DNA of 64,000 bases from Eledone cirrhosa (taxonomy: Eukaryota): assembly GCA_964016885.1 (NCBI GenBank), contig OZ024740.1, positions 142,786,001 through 142,850,000 of the forward strand, in the 5' to 3' direction. The notes under the pieces were generated by a model, which was not told the DNA's origin, did not search any database, and saw only the letters and a list, made by a program, of their open reading frames with translations. Below, piece after piece: positions 51,001-61,842 of the stretch; position 1 is the stretch's first letter, and each line of letters opens with the position of its first letter. Position numbers and translations under genes: made by a program.

Positions 51001-52620
51001 TTGTGTTATTTCTCGTCCTAGTGCCCTAATAGTTCCACGAAGAAGTTATTTAATACTGGTCGGAATGTAAATGCGTTATAAATTTAATTTTGTTTCTCTC
51101 GGCTCCGAGTTCAAATTTCATCAAAGTTGACAAAAATGTCACCAAAAGAGAAAAAAAAAAGAAAAAGATAGCTAATGAATTCACGAAACTCTGGAGTTCA
51201 TAATCAGAGTTTAACTTTCTATGCCCAGTTTATTGCAACTAACTTTCCTTGAGTTGCCTGGAAACAACACTAGGCAAATAAGTAAACCGAGGGAAGTACC
51301 ACGTCCAAACACTCGTAAACCATGATTTGACAGATCACAGTACACCCATTTAGTCATTTTTTATATTTAATTTCTATGGTTCATTCAAAAGTTATCATTT
51401 GTAACATGGAATAGAACAATGGACGGAGGTCATATTGTGATCGAATCAATTCTGGACCCGGTTGTGAACCCTAGGTGAATACGGTTTACTTCATATACAT
51501 GGCAAATGAAAGCGGAAAAATCAGGCATGAACTTCGCGCGACTAGGCTGAGCTATCACTCGCTACTTAAAGTGTTAAGTTTTCGTCTCGACGTAAAAAAT
51601 TACCAGTGTGAAAAATACATTTATTTCAAATTACGTCAGCTATGTAACACCGATGCTTCAGCAAACCCGTCATAAGATCGTCATCCAATCTTGTTAACAT
51701 CTATTAATATAATTTTCAATGTGTAATGTTTGTTGGGCTCTGTTGGAACACCAAAAGTATTAAATAATGAACTAGTTTTTAAAATAGGAATTTATGAATG
51801 AAGAGCAATTTAGAAAAATTTATGTTTCTTTCTCTATTTCTTTTCTTTCCTTTAATCACCTATTTCTTTAATATTATATCTGTAGTATTTGCGTGTGGAC
51901 AATGTTATGAATCGTTTTAGCCAAATACAGATCATAAATTTTTCTTTTATTTATATATTTATACATTTTTCTTTTATTTAAATCAAAATTTCTTATTTCC
52001 TCATTTCTTTATTTAGTATAAGCATAATGAAATATAAAATAAAATATAATTATATTACCTATGTCATATTACATGATGTTAGCCACCGTGATGAAAGTAC
52101 ACTCTCAAAATTAGCCGTCATAAGACGGGTAGTACTCTTATAAATATGGGACTAGTTATTAAGCAAGAAATCAATAATTCATTTATTGAATCATATGTCT
52201 GTTTGATATATCGAATGAACACAATATGATAAATTAGATGTTGTTTAGCCCTAGGTCAGCCCATTGATCAGGATATGCAAGCCGTTACCAACACGCCTCT
52301 TATTCAGACATAATGTATTTATGACAATATTGGCTGCTATTTTTTGCGACTAGTGCAATCGTGTAGTTGATTCTAATATAAGCCAATTCGCATTTGGATA
52401 TCATATATCCAGTACAACTTCACATCTAAACGTTTTTAAACAAATATACACACCGCCTAGTTTGTGTGTGTACATATATATATATATTATACATACCTCT
52501 GGAACTAGCGGTTGAAACGGCAAAAGCTCAGCCATAGGAGTCCTGACTCTTTATAATATAACCATACTCTACTACCTCAAGTATTGAGTACTCTGGTTTC
52601 AAACTGAATCTAGCCTGATT

Positions 52621-52675
<55 letters not shown>

Positions 52676-53659
52676 AGAGAGGGGGGTGGCGGGCATTAGT
52701 GTCTCAAAGTTTTATTTTTCTACTTTTTGTTTCCTTTTACAAATTGTTTATATAGAATTTACTAAAAATTCGAACCCACCTGAGGCCAAAATTCTTATTA
52801 ATTATTAAAACTACATAACTGACTAGGATTGTCGGTAAGCACAGACTATATAGAAATAGCAGCCACATATCTCTGATATCACACCCTGACGTCTTAAATA
52901 AACAAAGATGCAATGGATAATGTATTTCCTGGTATACAACTATGTATAAGGGATTGTCATATGCTAGGACGCATTTGGATCAGAGCTGACTTACGACTAA
53001 ATAGCAGCAAAATGTAATAAATAAACTGTTAAATTGCCACATGAGGAGAAATATCTTGCAGAAAGTATAATTTTTGGTCAACATATTTTACTATATACAC
53101 ACATATGTATATATATATATATATTTTTTTTAAATTGGTCAGGAATTTTTAAAAATTGAAACCCAAAATTATAGATGTTATCTATAAATACACCCGGTTG
53201 GCCTAGTGACACATCCGTAGAAAAAGCTTACCTTAAACAGAATATATGGATAAAAGAAGATAGTATCACATGCAATGTTTGTTAATGAAAGGAAGTAAAC
53301 TCGCCCTGTGAAATAGTGACACAATTAGTTGTTGTTGGTATGGTTGTTTAGCCACAGATCAGATCAAGTAGACCTTCTTGGTGGGCGTAAACAACCTGGA
53401 ATAAATATATAACACATCATGTTAATATTTTTTTGTAAATTAAGTATAACAATTAAGAACATATAAATTAAAAGGCTTCGTAAATAATTTTCTACGGTAA
53501 AATTGGAAAGTATATACGTAGCTTATTTAAAAAGGAAAGAATGAAAAAAACAAGTGTCCCGGTACACGGAGAGAGACAGAAAAAATCAAACTGATCAATA
53601 TCATTATCACAATGTAAATAGAGAAAATATTAACCTGTTATTCCAGTTTGATGAGACAT
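24096..53659 (-). CDS. TWF1: Twinfilin (two ADF-H domains + capping-protein-binding tail), 10 coding exons, 348 aa
   Basis: Spliced product [75 protein letters not shown]...[28 protein letters not shown]...[16 protein letters not shown]...[11 protein letters not shown]...AFAKPKGP. Exon lengths 25,78,51,128,96,105,126,151,122,165 = 1047 nt with consistent phases. The symbol denotes the twinfilin family; TWF1 vs TWF2 orthology is not resolved. Confidence 0.97.
24440..25275 (+). mobile_element. Degraded, internally deleted RTE copy in twinfilin intron 9
   Basis: [36 protein letters not shown] remnants; (GAT)n tail. Confidence 0.8.
25936..26057 (-). CDS. TWF1: Twinfilin coding exon 9
   Basis: tgcag|TG TTC...AAG|gtaag; encodes [41 protein letters not shown]. 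Confidence 0.95.
26745..26895 (-). CDS. TWF1: Twinfilin coding exon 8
   Basis: atag|AGT...ATT G|gtttgt; encodes [11 protein letters not shown]...[21 protein letters not shown]. Confidence 0.95.
27410..27535 (-). CDS. TWF1: Twinfilin coding exon 7
   Basis: ttag|GTG...ATT|gtaag; encodes [42 protein letters not shown]. Confidence 0.95.
28696..28800 (-). CDS. TWF1: Twinfilin coding exon 6
   Basis: atag|GAA...GAA|gtaag; encodes [35 protein letters not shown]. Confidence 0.95.
29900..29995 (-). CDS. TWF1: Twinfilin coding exon 5
   Basis: tcaag|GTG...GAA|gtaag; encodes [32 protein letters not shown]. Confidence 0.95.
30053..30311. repeat. Minisatellite of ~8 self-complementary ~35-bp units
   Basis: Unit approximately CAATAGTAAACATTT-ATG-AAATGTTTACTATTYCT. 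Confidence 0.85.
30385..30742. mobile_element. pogo/Tigger-like MITE (same family as 17529-17869)
   Basis: TA-CAGTGAACCCCCGACATTCGC ... GCGAATACCAGGGGACAACTG-TA; shares internal sequence with the first copy. Confidence 0.75.
30900..31390 (+). mobile_element. Degraded RTE-clade (Expander/Rex3-like) LINE 3' fragment
   Basis: [31 protein letters not shown] remnants; short GAA tail. Confidence 0.65.
31528..31923. repeat. ~148-bp inverted repeat (31528-31675 / 31775-31923) with a ~100-bp spacer
   Basis: Arms align as reverse complements with scattered mismatches, e.g. AATGGAAAAAAGGATGAGTATTGAC / GTCAATACTCATCCTTTTTTCCATT. Confidence 0.9.
33112..33239 (-). CDS. TWF1: Twinfilin coding exon 4 (starts after the U12 AC acceptor)
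   Basis: tttcac|AT TAT GAT...TCA CCG|gtaag; encodes [42 protein letters not shown]. Confidence 0.93.
33240..34907 (-). other. U12-type (minor spliceosome) AT-AC intron of twinfilin, 1668 nt
   Basis: 5' ATATCCTTTT; branch-point motif TTCTTTAAC at 33259-33251; 3' terminal AC at 33241-33240. Removal restores WKND-YDKM in frame. Confidence 0.9.
34107..34878 (-). mobile_element. Mariner (Tc1/mariner) relic inside the U12 intron
   Basis: TIRs GTCTGTCAAAAAAGTATC / GATACTTTTTTGACAGAC with TA flanks. Transposase remnants YYQEV and LHHDNA. Confidence 0.8.
34908..34958 (-). CDS. TWF1: Twinfilin coding exon 3 (ends at the U12 AT donor)
   Basis: ttttcag|AA GTG...AAT G|atatcctttt; encodes [17 protein letters not shown]. 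Confidence 0.9.
35150..36560 (-). mobile_element. Degraded RTE copy (5' endonuclease region) in twinfilin intron 2
   Basis: [32 protein letters not shown] remnants with deletions. Confidence 0.85.
37732..38300 (-). mobile_element. Duplicate of the RTE endonuclease fragment at 35693-36232
   Basis: Near-identical sequence ([36 protein letters not shown]). Confidence 0.85.
38695..38772 (-). CDS. TWF1: Twinfilin coding exon 2
   Basis: catag|CT...GAT G|gtaag; encodes [26 protein letters not shown]. Confidence 0.93.
40090..42375 (+). mobile_element. Degraded RTE copy with an internal fold-back and a nested insertion
   Basis: [32 protein letters not shown] remnants; 3' UTR repeats; (GAT)n tail. 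Confidence 0.85.
41579..41834 (+). mobile_element. 3' fragment of a different RTE-type LINE (C2H2 finger) with a 12-bp TSD
   Basis: Encodes [38 protein letters not shown] at 41567-41578 and 41835-41846. Confidence 0.8.
43890..44069 (-). mobile_element. SINE copy with a 21-bp TSD
   Basis: CTTAGATATTGTTAATATAAT at 43869-43889 and 44070-44090. Confidence 0.85.
44155..44480 (-). mobile_element. Second tRNA-derived SINE family
   Basis: Degenerate tRNA-like head at the right end; body ACAACAGAACAGCCTGCTC...GAGTGGACT.GAGCAATG shared with 38300-38530, 4840-4940 and 28450-28600. Confidence 0.65.
45007..45056. repeat. (GT)n microsatellite
   Basis: Read directly from the sequence. Confidence 0.95.
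53635..53659 (-). CDS. TWF1: Twinfilin coding exon 1 (MSHQTGIT)
   Basis: AAAA-ATG TCT CAT CAA ACT GGA ATA ACA G|gttaat; conserved twinfilin N-terminus, phase 1. Confidence 0.93.
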
Positions 53660-54587
53660 TTTTGTTTAAAGTGATACTGAATGTGGAAGAAAAAAATCAA
53701 CACAAATTTAAACCCAACACTTGAAATTTAGATCCTTTCGCGCTGAGCTTTTAAAAATCTTGCTTTCCTTAAATTTCTTGAGACAACTAACTACAAAACA
53801 CCGCCTTGACAAGGGGGAAGTACAGGTTTGAACTAATTGGTTCTGAACTAAAGAAGAGGAGGGGAGAATTGGCCCTGAGTTAGAGTTATTTCCCCTTCAT
53901 TTTGACTTTCACCTTCTGAGGTCACTGCAGTAACGCTAGCTGCTAATTAACTTATTTTTCTGGTGTTGTTTATCTCGTGTGCATATGTGAGCAACACTTA
54001 TTCAGAGAGCATCTTACTAAGTGTTGTTTTCTTACAAGCTATATTTAGGTTGTTTCAAGTTTCATCTGATTAGAAAACAAATATGGATGAACTGTATATT
54101 CGCTTATTTTACACGTAACCAAAATGTCTCAAACTAATTGTGATCAGTGAAGTGAAGGGTGACGTATATCCAAGTGGATATGACACTTCACCAGGATACC
54201 GTGTTTCTTGGAAAAGGTTAATAAAAGGAGTGAACCTCGACGGAAAATCTACAGTGAAACCAGCAAGGCATTCAGGTTAACATATTTCTCTTTCAGCTGA
54301 TCTTACAGTCAACCAAACTAGAGTCAAACATCTTATTCCGTATACCCTCGGACCAAGCGAAACCGAGAAAGTGTCCTGGCGTTTGAGGTGCGTGGCAGGA
54401 CTTCTCTTACACAACGCTCGAACTGGCTCTCTTAAAATTACTAGTAAAAACCGTTATCCACTGCATTCATCATCAAGTAAATTGGAGTATTTAGTTACGA
54501 TCCTTTACGTTCTGAGTTCAAAACCCATTGAGATCAACTTAGTCTTTCATTCTTCTAGTAGTCAAGTAATACAGTCGATTTATACTG

Positions 54588-54853
54588 CAGTGGTTCCCAA
54601 CATTTTCACAACTAAAGATTCTTTTTATTTAAATGAATTTTTCCATTCGCCCCTCTACTAAAATTATTTTTCTCCCGGACTGTTAAATAGTGAGAATAAG
54701 AATATAAACAGAAACATGTTTATACATAGAGAAGGATAGGTGCCCAACAGTATGAGTATGATTTGTTTTTAACTAACTACTTGAAATTTTTAGCTTAGCT
54801 CATGCCACCACCAGCCAGTATTATTTTTATGGACTACAGATTGGGGACTACTG
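54588..54853. mobile_element. hAT (Charlie-like) MITE relic
   Basis: TIRs CAGTGGTTCCCAA / TTGGGGACTACTG; no TSD preserved. Confidence 0.55.
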
Positions 54854-56199
54854 CTCAAATGCATCTAGAAGATGTGAAAGGATGGTAATAAAAGATTTCA
54901 TATATTGCTCCGTAGTATATTGACACTGTATGTTTCAGACCTGCGTTTTAAAAATATGATTAAAGAGAGAATATAACTCAATGTAGGGAAGCAATTGTCA
55001 CCATTCTGTGGGAAGTTTAAATGGATATTTTAGCAACACTAGTGAAGAGAAATTACTACGACTGAGAATCGAAACCCTCTTGCAGGTTCAGCTCATAAAG
55101 AACTTTCTTACAACATTTGTCGTTTCAGTGGTAAATTCTCTCGTTGGGCCAGCACCTGGGTACTTAGTGCCCTAGGCTAGCTCTTACAATGTGTGCCCCA
55201 TTCTCTCAAATAAAATAATTTCAACTTACAGTTTGGCAGGCTAACAAACCTAGTTTTTAAAACTTCTTTCTGATCACTCTAAGAAAATTACTAAGCCTGC
55301 ATTTTCCACTACACAGTCCATACCTACACCAAATCGTAACAGATCCTTCAACTATACGACCATCCCCAACACTGGATATTTTCACATTGCTACTGTGCAA
55401 CAATGATATTTAGCGATTTATTTATTGAGCATAGGAAAATATATATTTAAGTTAATTATTTGTTTAAAATGTTGATCCTTTTATGTTCAGTAATGCACAT
55501 TAGGCAACTGCATAGTTGGCCTAATGGAAGTACCAGCTGTGTTCTCACAAGATACATTGAAGCCTGGTTTCGCTATGATTATGAATTATAAATATACTAG
55601 TTATAATTAGATTTCCAGAACATAGATCCAAGGATTAAATCTAGATTTTGAAAATATTTAATAAAGCTGGCATCTGTTGATATTAGGACTTAAAAATTCT
55701 ACTAGGCTGCTATATCATATTTTCTTATACAGTATCTTGCTCTGCTAGCATAGCTAGGAAGATATTTGGAAGAGTATCAAAAATGCTATTTGTAAACAAT
55801 TAGAAAGAGAAAAGGCAATAATAGATATTTAAGAGAGCTTATTGTTGCTTTCTAAATCCAGAGAGTTCTACAGTTCTTCAGTTGAATAACTGGTGGTTGC
55901 TATGTAATGTAAAACGATAGGGAACTAATAGTAAATACATCATAGTATTTAGTTTCCTCCCATTACATACTGTATTTTAAATCTATCAATAAAATATGTG
56001 GCAGTAATATCTAAGAGCCTCTCACCAAACCAGCACTGACTTCATAAACAAAGACCTCAAAAACATTCATTCAGGAGTGGGGGGGTCATATCAATCTTCA
56101 CTCCACTATTATACAGTCACTACACATATGAAGAAAACAATACTGTAATATATCCCCACTAAACATGAACAATGTAAATAAAAACCTCAAAGTCACTAG

Positions 56200-56620
56200 G
56201 AATGCTAAGCCTCACCATCATTGGGGACCTTTTGTGATGATCTCACATTCTCAGCATACCAAAGACTGCATCACCATGACTGGCCTTCTTGTTCAGGATT
56301 AGAAAATATTCCAACTACCAACACTATACAAAGCTCCAGTGAGACCCATTATGAAATTGCTCACCAATACAGGCCAAACTCTGGCCCACTGTTGTGCTGT
56401 TTCCATACTTTACCTCTTCTACCATTCTACTACCACTATTGTGGCATCTGTACCTCTGAGATGTATAATCTTGTATCACCTCCACACAGAGCTTCCTGAT
56501 TTACTTGTCTCTCTCCCTTTCTTCACCTATATATTAAGTTCAATTCCCAAACTGGGTAGTGTATTGTGTCCTAACAAGACACCTTATCTCACATTCATGC
56601 AGTCCACTCAACAATAGAAA
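56200..56620 (+). mobile_element. Old CR1/Jockey-group LINE RT C-terminal fragment
   Basis: TLYKAPVRPIM and HCCAVSILYLFY resemble LYKAQVRP.MEY and HRR.V.SL.LFY. Confidence 0.5.
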
Positions 56621-58589
56621 TGAGTTGCAACACTGGTGCCAAGCATTATCAGCCTTTGCCTTTCCCTTGGACAATATCATTGTCATAGAAAAGGAAGACT
56701 CATATGAATGGGCAACTGCTAGTCTTCCACAAATCACCTTGTCCAGGCTTGTGCCTCAGAGAAGAACAACTTTCCAGATTTAAACCCATGGTCAGTCATG
56801 ACTTAAAAGGTGACTTCTGTTTTATATATATATATATTGATTGATTGATTGTTTCTGAGGGAGATGGTTGGATTGGTCAGAGATTTCGAGACTAGAAACA
56901 ATTAGCGATGTAACCGCTATCTGCTAGTCAATATATCAATCTATCACGATCAACCAATCCTCTGAAACAATCGTAAAACAATGAACTAATTAACTACCTA
57001 TCTCCAATTTATTTCATTTTGTTCACCTTGATGGTGCCAATTCGGAAGTTTGGGTATTTGCTGTCAGTGAAAGCACATGGCTTTGTGGTTAGAGAGTCGG
57101 GCTTACAATTATAAAATTGTGAGTTCGATTCCCATATATATATATATATATTAGGGATAGAAGCAAGAGCCCATAGGTAGAAACATCTCAAGACTTCATG
57201 CATATCTACAGAGGACAATGGGAAACCATTCCAGTATAATCTTTCATTGAAAAATCCTTTAATTATCAGTAAGGCACCTCTGGTATCTTCACCTTAGTTG
57301 GTCTAAAAGAAGCACTGGCCCTGCTTATCAGTAAAACACAATTACTGTGGTAGGCTTTTGACTCATAAATTAATACTTAATAACTTGGGAATGCTGCCTG
57401 CATGAACAAACTCCTACAGTTAAATAAGGTGTATTAATGAAGTGGGGTGACCAAACAATATCAAGGAATGGACAGGGAGGAAAACATTATTAGGAATTAA
57501 GGGTTTAATTTTTTTTTTTTTTTTGCAATTGAATCAACTGTATACCTCTCAAAATATCTAGCTTTGTGCTAAATGTAAACTCATTTAAGAAGAATTTAGA
57601 ACAGGCAATGACATACCTACTTAAACCTTTTGGGACATCTCAGTGGTGTAGTAAGGGCTCTCTAGTAGGCAAAGTCACGTTTGACACAAGCACTTTATTT
57701 AACAGGCATGTTAGGCTAGAGGAAATTTTGTGCCAAGGGCTATTTAGTTCTGTATCTTATGATTCAAATTTTAATCTTCACTGGTATAGGCATTGTCTTC
57801 TACATGATTTGTCCATTCTAGCTATGAATCAAGTTGAGGAAGAATATTACTTGATTATATGTGACCTATTTTATATCAGTTGAGATAAAATTTCTTATTG
57901 GAATTTTAATTGATGTCATAGTTATACTCTCCTGTCACAGTGAAACCATTATATATCCAAATTATAAGTGTGAAGAAAAAATAGACAAATGTTTACCAAA
58001 TTATTCCTCATAGTCCAGATTGCTGCAGTTTCACTTGTAATTTTATATAGCTTGGATTAATTGATTATTTATTTAATTAATTTCTCTGGACTACAAAGAA
58101 AAGTTAAGTAAATTTTGTCTGTCTGTTCTTCACACTTATAATTTTATATAGCTCTGATTAATTGATTATTTATTCATTGAGTAATAATCAGTTGAAGATA
58201 GACATCACTCATATATGTGTTTGTACTTCATCATCATCATCTTCGTTTAATGTCCATCTTCCAGCTAGCATGGGTTAGACGGGAGTTGTCCCACTTAAGG
58301 CAAGGTTGGTCGGGTGACCGTGTCTCACTCATATAGGACTATCTGGCAGGTTTTCTACGGCTGGATGCCCTTCCTAACACCAACCATATTTACAGTGTGA
58401 AACTGGGAACTTTTTACCGTGTTACCTACACGGCCACATTACAGCGTGGACTGTGTTTTTTTGTTGTGACACCTACACGATCTCGATCTCATCTCATTTA
58501 TTTGGACTGGATATTGTGGTACCAACTTTACAGAGAGAGGGTGGTGTCGGAGGATAGAGTAGGGGTAGTGGATTGGGGTGTATATATAT

Positions 58590-60640
58590 GATAGATTACT
58601 AAATGAGGAGAATGCATGGGAAGAAGAGACCCTACCCCACGTAGACCCTATAGAGGGACCAGCAGTACAAGTCAGCGGCAGCGTAGTAAGTAAGGCAATC
58701 AGAGATATGAAGATAGGGAAGGCAACCGGTCCATCGGGTATAGCTGCCGAGATGCTGAAGGCATCTGGGTCTGTAGGTCACACTATAACCACACGTATCG
58801 TTAACCAGGTAATACTAGAGGGGGCCATACCAAAAGATTGGTGCAGTAGCATCATTGTCAACTGCTACAAAGGTAAAGGCGATGCACTAGATAGAGGAAA
58901 CTATAGAGGTATAAAGTTGATGGACCAGGTCATGAAAGTAACAGAAAGAGTTATAGCACAGCTGATTAGGGACCGGGTGAATATAGACGAGATGCAATTT
59001 GGGTTTGTTCCAGGGAAAGGCACCACTGATGCGCTCTTCCTTGTGAGGCAATTACAGGAAAAGTACCTAGCTAAAAGTAAGCCACTCTACTTGGCATTTG
59101 TCGACCTTGAGAAAGCCTTTGACAGAGTTCCACGTGCAGTAATCTGGTGGGCTCTTAGAAAACTAGGAGTAGATGAATGGCTTGTGAAAGCGGTACAAGC
59201 CATGTATAGGGGAGCAGTCAGCAAAGTTAGGATTGGCAATGAGTATAGCGAGGAATTTAGCGTACAGGTTGGGGTCCACCAGGGCTCTGTTCTTAGCCCT
59301 CTCCTGTTCATCATAGTCCTGCAGGCAATAACGGAGGAGTTTAAGACCGGATGCCCATGGGAACTCCTGTATGCTGATGACCTCGCACTCATAGCTGAAT
59401 CTATGGTAGAACTAGAGAATAAATTCCAAACCTGGAAGCAGGGACTAGAGAGAAAGGGCCTCAAAGTCAACATGACAAAGACTAAGGTCCTTATAAGTAG
59501 ACGAGAAAACAGAACCCAGATCCCCTCAGGGAAATGGCCTTGCTCAGTATGTAGGAAAGGTGTAGGTAGGAACTCCATTCTTTGCCCCAAATGCAAACAA
59601 TGGGTACACAAGAGATGTAGCGGGATCTCAGGAAGCTTAATTAAGAATGTAGGATTCACATGCAGCAGCTGTGCTGAAACAGCAAGCAAACAGCCACAGG
59701 AAACAAGTACCACCAATCTCTGGGAGGGCCCTGTAGAAACAGTAGACAGCTTCTGCTACCTAGGTGACCGAATTAGCAACGGAGGTGGGTGCTCAGAAAG
59801 TACAATAACTAGGGTAAGAACGGGATGGAAGAAGTTTAGGGAACTACTACCACTGCTAGCTGCAAAAGGCTTCTCCCTCAGAATGAAAGGCAGACTGTAT
59901 GATGCGTGTATCCGAACAGCGATGTTGCATGGTAGTGAGACCTGGGCGCTGAAGGTGGAAGACTTACGTAGATTAGAGAGAAACGAAGCCTGCATGCTCC
60001 GATGGATGTGTAACAGTAATATACGTGAACGACAAAGCATAAATGAATTGAGAGAGAGACTGAGCATAAGAGGAATCAAATGCTGCGTGCAGGAGAGGCG
60101 GTTACGCTGGTATGGACATGTGATGCGTATGAAGGATGACAGCTGCATAAAAAGGTGCAGAGCACTAGAAGTTGATGGAAACCGCGGAGTGGGGAGACCC
60201 AAGATGACTTGGGATGAGGTGATAAAAGCCGACCTTACCCAACTACACCTCTCAAAGTCAATGACACACGACCGTGACTTCTGGCGTCACGCAGTAATAC
60301 AGGGTACCCGACCTCCCATGGGTACATGCTGAAGCATATAAACAATATGCCCCCCCCCCCCCCCCCACCGCAAGGTGGTCGTGGAGGTGCCACGGCAAAA
60401 AAGCACCCAGCCCACACTGTAAAGTGGACGTGTAGGCGCCACGAAAAAGCACCCAGCACTCACTGTAAATGAGGTTGGTGTTAGGAAGGGCATCCAGCTG
60501 TAGAAATCAAGCCAGATCAGTTCCTGTATGAGCAAGGCATGGTCAGCCGACCAGACACTGCCCACAACAGGACAACCCGTCTAACCCATGCTAGCGTGGA
60601 AGAACGGACGTAAAACGGTGATGATGATGATGATGATGAT
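58590..60640 (+). mobile_element. RTE family B LINE, 5'-truncated, with (GAT)n tail
   Basis: Open RT ORF followed by 3' UTR and (GAT)n. Confidence 0.92.
58593..60332 (+). CDS. RTE reverse transcriptase + PHD-like finger (5'-truncated, stop-free)
   Basis: [25 protein letters not shown]...CPKC..WVH..C...CSSC, RLRWYGHV. Confidence 0.88.
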   Translation, partial: RLLNEENAWEEETLPHVDPIEGPAVQVSGSVVSKAIRDMKIGKATGPSGIAAEMLKASGSVGHTITTRIVNQVILEGAIPKDWCSSIIVNCYKGKGDALDRGNYRGIKLMDQVMKVTERVIAQLIRDRVNIDEMQFGFVPGKGTTDALFLVRQLQEKYLAKSKPLYLAFVDLEKAFDRVPRAVIWWALRKLGVDEWLVKAVQAMYRGAVSKVRIGNEYSEEFSVQVGVHQGSVLSPLLFIIVLQAITEEFKTGCPWELLYADDLALIAESMVELENKFQTWKQGLERKGLKVNMTKTKVLISRRENRTQIPSGKWPCSVCRKGVGRNSILCPKCKQWVHKRCSGISGSLIKNVGFTCSSCAETASKQPQETSTTNLWEGPVETVDSFCYLGDRISNGGGCSESTITRVRTGWKKFRELLPLLAAKGFSLRMKGRLYDACIRTAMLHGSETWALKVEDLRRLERNEACMLRWMCNSNIRERQSINELRERLSIRGIKCCVQERRLRWYGHVMRMKDDSCIKRCRALEVDGNRGVGRPKMTWDEVIKADLTQLHLSKSMTHDRDFWRHAVIQGTRPPMGTC

Positions 60641-61842
60641 TTGGTTAAGAGGTGCCTACTGACTAAGTTTCACTTTGTACATAGGCAAGGCGGATCTTCT
60701 GTATAACTGCGTAGCACCAAAGATCTCGGTCCAGTGACATTGTCTTAGAGAGGTACAAGTATGTAAGGTCAGAATTTATTAGATCGTCCCAGGTTTTTCT
60801 GGGTCTACCTACTCCGTAACTACCATCAATTTTGATCGCCCTGCACTTTTTTTATACAGTTGTCGTCTTTCATGCGCATTACGTGACCATACCAACGTAG
60901 TCTTCTCTCAAGCAAACAGCATCTGATCCCTCTTATTCCTAATTTCTCACTTAGTTCATTTATGTTTAGCCGTTCACGTATATTACTATTACACATCCAA
61001 CGGAGCATGCATTCTTCGTTCCTTTCCAGTCTGTGCAGGTCCTCTGCACACAATGCCCTTGTCTCACTGCCATGTAGCATTGCTGTTCGTATACAGGCAT
61101 CATACAATCTGTCTTTCATTTTTAGAGAGAAACCTTTTGTGGCCAACAGCGGTATAAGCTCTCTGAACTTTTTCCATCCTGTTCTGACTCTGGCTACTGT
61201 ACTTTCAGAACACCCTCCACCACTGCTGATCTTGTCACCCAGGTAACGGAAAGTGTCCACTATTTCTATAGAACCATCTGGGCAATAGAAGGAGCTAGTA
61301 TCCTGTGAGCACCTGCTACTTATTGTACCTGAGCATCAGCCACATATAAAGTCTACGTTCTTAGATAGCTTGCCTGTGATCTCACTACATCCTTTATGTA
61401 CCCATAGTTTGCATTTGGGACATAGAATGGAATTTCTGCCTACTCCTTTCCTACACACTGAGCATGGCTTATGTATAAATATATATGTGTATCCTCTGAT
61501 TTTGTTCTAACTCGCATAGGTTTGAGTAAAAATTAGGCAGTACTTGACTGCTTCTCCTAGCAATGCCTTTACTCGCCATCAGTCTACCCTTCACTACCTT
61601 TCTGTCTTGACCGTTAGCCACATGATGACTTCCCCTTTTGAAATTATTACTGGCAGTGGTCACTTTAGAAAAAATTAGTCCTAATTGAGAGAGTCTCTTG
61701 AAAAGGTTGGGACCTCATAGTGAAAGTGCAATTGCAGCGGAATTGCAATTTTTCTACATAGCACAAGCGAAACTGCAGTAGTCAGGACTATGAGGAATAA
61801 TTCAGTAGACATTTGTCTATTTTTTCTTCACACTTATAATTA

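Larger units (their letters stand above)
58229..61468 (-). mobile_element. RTE family A 3' fragment, split in its 3' UTR by a family B insertion
   Basis: 58229-58583 matches the 3' UTR/tail of 17888-18230. 60641-61468 continues with the UTR and RT C-terminus (ORF 60826-61260). Confidence 0.88.

Noticed and set aside
53660-53950. Twinfilin core promoter / 5' UTR
   Set aside because: Position is plausible, but I cannot pin down a TATA box, initiator or transcription start from sequence alone.
57566-57883. 105-aa plus-strand ORF as a possible exon of a divergent gene
   Set aside because: No recognisable domain or convincing splice sites; cannot be supported without a database search.
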